Program-made: the position numbers and the translations under genes
In this document: one piece after another, positions 58,387-64,000 of the stretch
Layout of the letters: each line of letters starts with the position of its first letter
Numbering within the stretch: position 1 is the first letter of the stretch
Assembly (NCBI GenBank): GCA_963715195.1
Contig: CAVQRT010000007.1
Coordinates: 160,001-224,000 of the forward strand
DNA length: 64,000 bases
Direction: 5' to 3'
Source: Thermodesulfovibrionales bacterium
Lineage (GTDB): Bacteria; Nitrospirota; Thermodesulfovibrionia; Thermodesulfovibrionales; SM23-35
The notes under the pieces: generated by a model
What the model saw: only the letters and a program-made list of their open reading frames with translations
The model's database searches: none
What the model was told of the DNA's origin: nothing

Positions 58387-59673
58387 TTACTCTATTTGTT
58401 TTCCCACGTCACGTTTCAGTTTTCGTATTTGCCCGATGCGCTGGATCATCGGGGGATGAGAGTAATAAAATGCAGCGTAGAGAGGATGCGGATGCAGGTT
58501 TGAGAGATTATCCTTCGAAAGCTTGATAAGTGCGCTTATCATGGAATCATTGTTCCCGGTCAGGAAAAAGGCAAACCGGTCTGCCTCCTTTTCGAACCGC
58601 CTCGAAATGAAGCTCCTGAGAGGGGTAAACGGGAATGAGATGATCCCTCCCAGGAATCCGAGAACGACAATTTTTGCGTAGAACGTTTCGTGCTGAATCA
58701 AGAAAAGATCCGTCAGAACATCCGTCCGGAATGTTAAGAATACTGCGTACAGGACGAAGAATGAAAGGACTTCCGTCGCTATGATCATTTTGAGAATATG
58801 CTTTTTCTTCCAGTGGCCAGCTTCGTGAGCGAGCACCGCAAGCATCTCGTCCTGATTCATGGTCTCAAGGAGCGTATCGTAAAGAATGATCCGTTTCACC
58901 CTCCCGATGCCGGAAAAATATGCATTGGTATGACGGCTCCTCCGTGAAGCATCCATTCTGAAGACCCTGCTTACGGTAATGCCGATCTTCTGGAGTATGC
59001 TGCGAATCTGTCCCACCAGCTCCTGATCTTCAATCGGTGTGAATTTATTAAAAAGGGGTTCAATGACATAGGGTGAAATGTACATCATAAAGAGACTGAA
59101 GACGAGAAAAAAACCCCAGACCCAGATCCACCATGAATCCGGATTTGACTGAACAATCCACAATCCCGCAGAAACCAGAATACCGGTAATGATTGTCGAG
59201 AGCATGATCGATTTAATAAAGTCTTTGAGCCATAATTTCGGTGTCATGGTATTGAATCCGTATGCATTCTCAATCCTGAACGTATGGTAAAGAGTGAACG
59301 GTACAGCAAGAAGCGTATTCACATAGCTAAGGATAAGGAAAAATAACAGTCCGGATACGATAAACGGCATGTGCAATGATGTAACCCACGAGTTATAGAG
59401 ATTCAGGATTCCCCCGAAGATAAACACGATGGTAACAAGCGTGCCGAACAACGATGAGATGAAACTAAATCGTGTCTTGTCTGTTTCGTAATCGAGAATC
59501 TTCTTGAGAAGTTCGGCGTTGACCTTTCCCTCAAGGATAGGGGGCACCGTCAGACCAAACTTCTTCATGTACCGGAAATTCAGATACCGGAGCAGGTATT
59601 CAAAACCTTCTTTCATCAAATATGCGATGAAGACGAGTATGAGCAATGATTTAAATTCAGCCGGAAAATGCAT
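58387..59673 (-). CDS. M48 family (Ste24-like) membrane metallopeptidase
   Basis: D.SRRS...NAYF.G, HEAGH, E.EAD.FA, SHP. Confidence 0.94.
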   Translation of the reverse strand: MHFPAEFKSLLILVFIAYLMKEGFEYLLRYLNFRYMKKFGLTVPPILEGKVNAELLKKILDYETDKTRFSFISSLFGTLVTIVFIFGGILNLYNSWVTSLHMPFIVSGLLFFLILSYVNTLLAVPFTLYHTFRIENAYGFNTMTPKLWLKDFIKSIMLSTIITGILVSAGLWIVQSNPDSWWIWVWGFFLVFSLFMMYISPYVIEPLFNKFTPIEDQELVGQIRSILQKIGITVSRVFRMDASRRSRHTNAYFSGIGRVKRIILYDTLLETMNQDEMLAVLAHEAGHWKKKHILKMIIATEVLSFFVLYAVFLTFRTDVLTDLFLIQHETFYAKIVVLGFLGGIISFPFTPLRSFISRRFEKEADRFAFFLTGNNDSMISALIKLSKDNLSNLHPHPLYAAFYYSHPPMIQRIGQIRKLKRDVGKQIE

Positions 59674-59692
59674 TCTTCGGGTTCATGTCTCC

Positions 59693-60508
59693 TTACCAGA
59701 CCTGCGCCATGCGGGAGATGCCCGCTCTGTCAACCAAGCGGATAGCTTCGTGCTCGCAGACTGACCTGCATATGCCACACCCGTAACATTTTTCAGGCTG
59801 AATGGAGCATTTCATATTCTGCCGGTCATAGGTGATTGCACCGAAATAACATCGCTTCAGGCACTCCCTGCAGCCATCACACGATGAATAATCAATCTCA
59901 GCAAGGTATTCACCTTTCCACATCAGTTTTCCAAGCTGCATTTTTATCTGAAACCGATATGCCATGCAATCTCTGTCGCAGTTGCAGAGCGCGGCAATGA
60001 ACGGTGTATTGAATGTCCAGAGACTGTGAGTCTGGCCTTCAGTATCAAGCTGCCGTATGAACGATTTTGCCTCCTCCGCACTCAATCTGTCGAAATCCCG
60101 AAAATCGGGGAGATCACGGAATATCGGCGTCAGGTCCATGCCGATACCGAAGCAGTACCTCTTATTTTCCCCTGTTGTCGCCTTCCGGCAAATGCAGGGT
60201 AGTCTCACCAGTGAAGAAAATTTATTCAGGAGAGACTCAATGTCTTCAACCGGTACGATCTGTCCGAAATGTGTTTTCTTCAGACGTCTCGTTACCCATG
60301 GATAAACGAGGAGGCGGTAAATACGGGGAATACGCTTTTTCCATGCATATGCGTGCTGGACTTCAACAGTCAGGGAGTGGTAAAAATTGGCAAGATACTC
60401 CCTCATATGCTCTTCCGAGTTGACCTGATGAAAAACCTCCCCGGAATAGTTTTTCATGTTTTCATACCATTTTTTCCCCTCGCCGTGCTGAATGCAAAAT
60501 TCACACAT
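59693..60508 (-). CDS. 4Fe-4S dicluster-domain protein
   Basis: MCEFC..HG, CICR, CNC..DC, two C-terminal CxxCxxCxxxC. Confidence 0.85.
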   Translation of the reverse strand: MCEFCIQHGEGKKWYENMKNYSGEVFHQVNSEEHMREYLANFYHSLTVEVQHAYAWKKRIPRIYRLLVYPWVTRRLKKTHFGQIVPVEDIESLLNKFSSLVRLPCICRKATTGENKRYCFGIGMDLTPIFRDLPDFRDFDRLSAEEAKSFIRQLDTEGQTHSLWTFNTPFIAALCNCDRDCMAYRFQIKMQLGKLMWKGEYLAEIDYSSCDGCRECLKRCYFGAITYDRQNMKCSIQPEKCYGCGICRSVCEHEAIRLVDRAGISRMAQVW

Positions 60509-60612
60509 GGGCTCCCCGGTGCTTATGCAATTAGTATATTTATTTTATATGGAACACTCCAAAAGAGCGAGGGAATTGATACCCGTATGGAGTGGCGGAT
60601 GACGAATACTGT

Positions 60613-62025
60613 TCAGATCAGGTATTCTGCGAGGTTAATCTTGTATTTGTTCGGATCAAGCGTCCTGACGACAGACCGGTAATAGTGCCCGCTTTCATCT
60701 TTTTCGGTCAGGCTGACGACCGGTCCTTTCGTTAGCCGCTCACCCTTATGATCAACAATGATCATAATCCGGGGCCTGTCAGGAAAGACGAGATCACTTT
60801 CATAGACGAGACCCAGCTCCCTTGTATCAAGCATCACGAGGGCTCCGATCGGGAAGATTCCTACCATATTCGTAAAAAATTTGAATAAGAGCGGATCAAG
60901 TTGTTTGCCCGCCCTCTCCATCATTATGCTCAGGGCTTTGTCAGGGGCAAGGGGGATCCTTGAATAGACCCGGGCAGACGTCATCGCGTCATACTGATCG
61001 ACGACGCTCACAATTCTCGAATACAGGTCGAGCTCGGAGTAGCGCCTGACCCTGGGATAACCGGTCAGATCAAAACTCATATGATGTTCAAAGGCGACGA
61101 TTGACGACCGAATGGCAGTTTGGTCAAACCCCTTCAGTTTCAACAGAGCTCTCACGCCCCACACCGGATGCCTCTTCATAAGTTTCCATTCATCTTCGGT
61201 AAAACTGGATGCTTTATTGAGGATCTCGCTCGGGATATCGATCTTTCCAATGTCATGGAACAGGGCAACCAGCCCCAATTCCGTCAGCATTTTTTTGTTC
61301 AACCCGAGTCTTTGTCCAAGTGCAACAGACAGTATACTCACATTGACTGAGTGATGGTAGGTATACTCGTCGTAATCCTTTATCGCGGTCATCCCGATCA
61401 GAAGGTTCTCCTCCTCGAGCAGATGGTCGACCATCTGCTCCACGATGCGTTTCGCTTTCCTGATGCTGACCTTCTCCCCCGCCTTGATCTTCTTCATGAC
61501 ACCCCTGGAAAAAGAGACGGCATTATAGTAAACTTTCTTTATGATCTTGCGGGTATCTTCCTGTTCTCCATCCTTGATTTTTTTCAACATATCGACGCGA
61601 ATCTTCTCCACGTCTGACATCATTTCGTAAATTGTTTCATAGGGGGAAGTGGAGAAGCCCGATGCAATAAAGGCCTTCAGAAAAACCTGGACATCCTGTA
61701 GTTTGATACCATCTAAAATAACAATTCCGCCGATCTCCCGTTTTTTGAATTCTCTCACGAGGTAGTCGAAGTTCAGAAGATGTTCAAGAGAATAGCGGAC
61801 CCGCACATCGTCGCAATAAAAATACTCCCCGATAAGCTCAAGGGTTATAGTCTTGCCCCCTGTTGTCAGATGGCTAATCAGGGCGATGAATTTCTCGATT
61901 GCCGTGGTCACGGCAATATTCCGGGGATTATGAATCTGTGCGTTCCTCAGAATGACAGACAGTTGGTTGATGATATCCTGTGCGCTCCTGAAGGTTTCTT
62001 TTTCTTCCCTATCGATCATGTTCAA
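60613..62025 (-). CDS. HD-GYP cyclic-dinucleotide phosphodiesterase
   Basis: YTY.HS.NV, HDIGK, HP..G, EHH....TGYP, D.YDAMTS.R.Y. Confidence 0.92.
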   Translation of the reverse strand: MNMIDREEKETFRSAQDIINQLSVILRNAQIHNPRNIAVTTAIEKFIALISHLTTGGKTITLELIGEYFYCDDVRVRYSLEHLLNFDYLVREFKKREIGGIVILDGIKLQDVQVFLKAFIASGFSTSPYETIYEMMSDVEKIRVDMLKKIKDGEQEDTRKIIKKVYYNAVSFSRGVMKKIKAGEKVSIRKAKRIVEQMVDHLLEEENLLIGMTAIKDYDEYTYHHSVNVSILSVALGQRLGLNKKMLTELGLVALFHDIGKIDIPSEILNKASSFTEDEWKLMKRHPVWGVRALLKLKGFDQTAIRSSIVAFEHHMSFDLTGYPRVRRYSELDLYSRIVSVVDQYDAMTSARVYSRIPLAPDKALSIMMERAGKQLDPLLFKFFTNMVGIFPIGALVMLDTRELGLVYESDLVFPDRPRIMIIVDHKGERLTKGPVVSLTEKDESGHYYRSVVRTLDPNKYKINLAEYLI

Positions 62026-63658
62026 GTTTTCTTATGGCAGCATGAACAAAGTCCTTGAGAAAATCGCTGCCCGACTCCTTCACAGCGTGAAGCTCGGGCA
62101 GCGCGTCATTCATTCCCAAAAGTCCGAGGGCGAACGCTGCACACGCCCTGTTTTCTTCGTTCCTGGCCCTGCCAAAAAAGGTTTTTTTTCTAAGCGCTGT
62201 CATGAGAAAATCAAACACTGTCTGATCCTTCCACCGGGCAAGGATTTCATAAAATGCCTTCTTCTCTTCGAAATCCTTTTCCCGGAAGGTTTTGTTTGAT
62301 ATCTTCTCGAGGATGATCTTTTTTGCCACTTCTGTGCCGATCGTGCCGAATGATCTCGCAGCAGCCATCCTGATCTCGGGGTCTGCGTCATCGAGACACT
62401 CTCTGAGGGTCTGAATGACTTCCTGGCCGCCCAGTTCACCAAGCGCCTTTATGCCTTCTTTCCTGACCCGGATATCACTGTGCCGCACCGTTCTGAGGAG
62501 ATATTCGGTTGCCCTGCGGTCAGCGATCTTCCTGAGGATGTAAATAATGTTCCTGACCAGATACCATTTCTGATCTTCAAGGCCTTTTGCGATCAACTCA
62601 ATATCCTTCTTACCGAGGACAATCAGCGCATCGATTACATGCTTCCGTGCGCGAACTGTTTTCAGTTCCCCGAGATACTGGATGAGTGGCCGAATGGCAT
62701 TTTTGTCAAGAAAACCGATAAATTCCTCGTAGACTTGATGGTCGATCTCTAAGGTGCTGTCGAGGATTTCAGCAAGATGACCAACGACCTCCTGCTGTCC
62801 GAGGTGCTGGGAGAGTATCCTGTAATAGTCTTTCCCGCTTTCTTTCAGCGACGGTTCTTCCATGATATCCCGTGTGCGTCTCATAATCTGTCCAACCAGC
62901 ACCAGGTCTCCGTGCCGTATGCAGAGAGAAATAGCATCTCTGATGAATTGAAATGTCTCGTTCACCTCTGCCTGCCTTTCCGACAGGTATACAAGCTCGA
63001 AGAGGATTGATATCAGCTTCTCCAGCTTTCCCGCGGAGTCCTTTTCCAGTTCTCTCACCAGCATCTGCAAGTCTTTGTCCGACAGCGGCACAACAGATAT
63101 TTCCTGCCGGTCATCCTCCTGAAAACCGTCCGTGTATGCCTTCATCAGCTCATTGACGTCGGTCGCCTGCTCTTTTACTTGCCGCTCAGCCCTTGTTTCG
63201 TAATCCTCTTCATCGATATCGACGAGAAAAGCCTCATCAACAACATAATGTATATTCTGGAAGTCTCTCTCCCATAGCAGCGTCACAACATCGTCGTCGA
63301 TCTCCTCACGTTCAAATTCTCGAGCGATGATTTTGAGGAATTCTTCGAGCTCATCACGGGTTAATCCTTTTTTGAATGTCAGTTCACGCAGTCCGTCCTT
63401 AAAGAAGAAGAGCGCAAGGTTATCTTCCTTCTCAGGATTGGAATAGATTTCTTCAGTTTCATGGCAGATGCTGTGCTGCCTTATCTGCAGCTTAAACTCA
63501 TCACGGTAATCAAGATACCCCGCAAAACGGGCATAGGCATCCTCAAGGGTTCTTATATAGATTGGGTTATTTTCAGGATACATCCTGATGTTCTTCTTTG
63601 CTTTGATGAGATTCTGGAGGATATCCTTTGCTTCCCGGATTTCTTCAGAAATTTCCAT
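62009..63658 (-). CDS. HEAT-repeat protein
   Basis: W.LVRN, D.RVR.E.I.AL, D.D.EIR.AA repeats; start 63658 or 63673. Confidence 0.85.
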   Translation of the reverse strand: MEISEEIREAKDILQNLIKAKKNIRMYPENNPIYIRTLEDAYARFAGYLDYRDEFKLQIRQHSICHETEEIYSNPEKEDNLALFFFKDGLRELTFKKGLTRDELEEFLKIIAREFEREEIDDDVVTLLWERDFQNIHYVVDEAFLVDIDEEDYETRAERQVKEQATDVNELMKAYTDGFQEDDRQEISVVPLSDKDLQMLVRELEKDSAGKLEKLISILFELVYLSERQAEVNETFQFIRDAISLCIRHGDLVLVGQIMRRTRDIMEEPSLKESGKDYYRILSQHLGQQEVVGHLAEILDSTLEIDHQVYEEFIGFLDKNAIRPLIQYLGELKTVRARKHVIDALIVLGKKDIELIAKGLEDQKWYLVRNIIYILRKIADRRATEYLLRTVRHSDIRVRKEGIKALGELGGQEVIQTLRECLDDADPEIRMAAARSFGTIGTEVAKKIILEKISNKTFREKDFEEKKAFYEILARWKDQTVFDFLMTALRKKTFFGRARNEENRACAAFALGLLGMNDALPELHAVKESGSDFLKDFVHAAIRKLEHDR

Positions 63659-63695
63659 GCCTAAAAGTATCACACCTCTCTCAAACGGTCAAATG

Positions 63696-63974
63696 TTAAA
63701 TGAGCAGGATTTTTCTCTCACGTGCAAAGTTCTTGAGAATCATGAGGGAGGAATTCAGCCTCTGGAGACGGATATTCCTGTGCCTGATTGCCCGGGTGTC
63801 ACCATGAGGGAATTTCTCACCGCGGATTTCTATCTGTGCTTTTGCGATCTCCTGATAAAGTCCTTTGAGCGATTCGCTTTCTATGCTCTTTAAAAAAAGT
63901 GGGTTGACAACAATATATCCCTCTGCGATGTCAAAGGCTGTCGCCTTAAAGCTTTTCCCCCGTATGGTCGGCAT
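63696..63974 (-). CDS. hypothetical protein
   Basis: 92-aa ORF co-oriented just upstream of HEAT gene. Confidence 0.7.
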   Translation of the reverse strand: MPTIRGKSFKATAFDIAEGYIVVNPLFLKSIESESLKGLYQEIAKAQIEIRGEKFPHGDTRAIRHRNIRLQRLNSSLMILKNFARERKILLI

Positions 63975-64000
63975 TAGTGCACCGCAGGGCGTATGAATAT

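Noticed and set aside
1..64000. CRISPR array, rRNA, prophage, known riboswitch
   Set aside because: None recognised by eye; a covariance-model scan was not possible

Overview
A gene-dense chromosomal window from what appears to be an anaerobic Gram-negative bacterium. Gene content suggests Nitrospirota/Thermodesulfovibrionia or a deltaproteobacterium-like lineage; this is inference only. Bases 1-~3200 are a visibly AT-richer segment (PAS protein start, USP genes, decayed NifB/NifX-like fragment) ending just upstream of tRNA-Gly(CCC). Next is a minus-strand inositol-lipid/stress operon: an IS1 InsA-like Zn-ribbon/HTH protein on a predicted leaderless mRNA, ino1, CDP-alcohol phosphatidyltransferase, USPs, a SRPBCC-like membrane protein, a 51-aa membrane peptide and a YeiH transporter. 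The rest is mostly housekeeping: acyl-CoA ligase, pnp-rpsO, ppdK, exported redoxin trio, RRM-rpsU, recR, mtaD, asd, ftsY, aroE, rlpA, xerC-hslVU, etfBA-fabD, gspAB, rpe-tkt-pgl, acyl-CoA dehydrogenase, queD-hpt and addBA. There are also two c-di-GMP-type modules. Best novelty candidates: (1) the apparently domesticated InsA-like regulator heading the inositol operon; (2) a HEAT-repeat/HD-GYP pair sharing an unrecognised paralogous N-terminal domain; (3) a strand-specific four-way-junction ncRNA candidate after addA; (4) an atypical LuxR regulator plus Zn-ribbon PilZ module with candidate operator boxes; (5) a probable ATT-initiated Rae1/YacP nuclease. Several small genes missed by the ORF track were translated by hand. 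No CRISPR array, rRNA or intact transposon was seen. All family calls come from motif recognition, not database searches.
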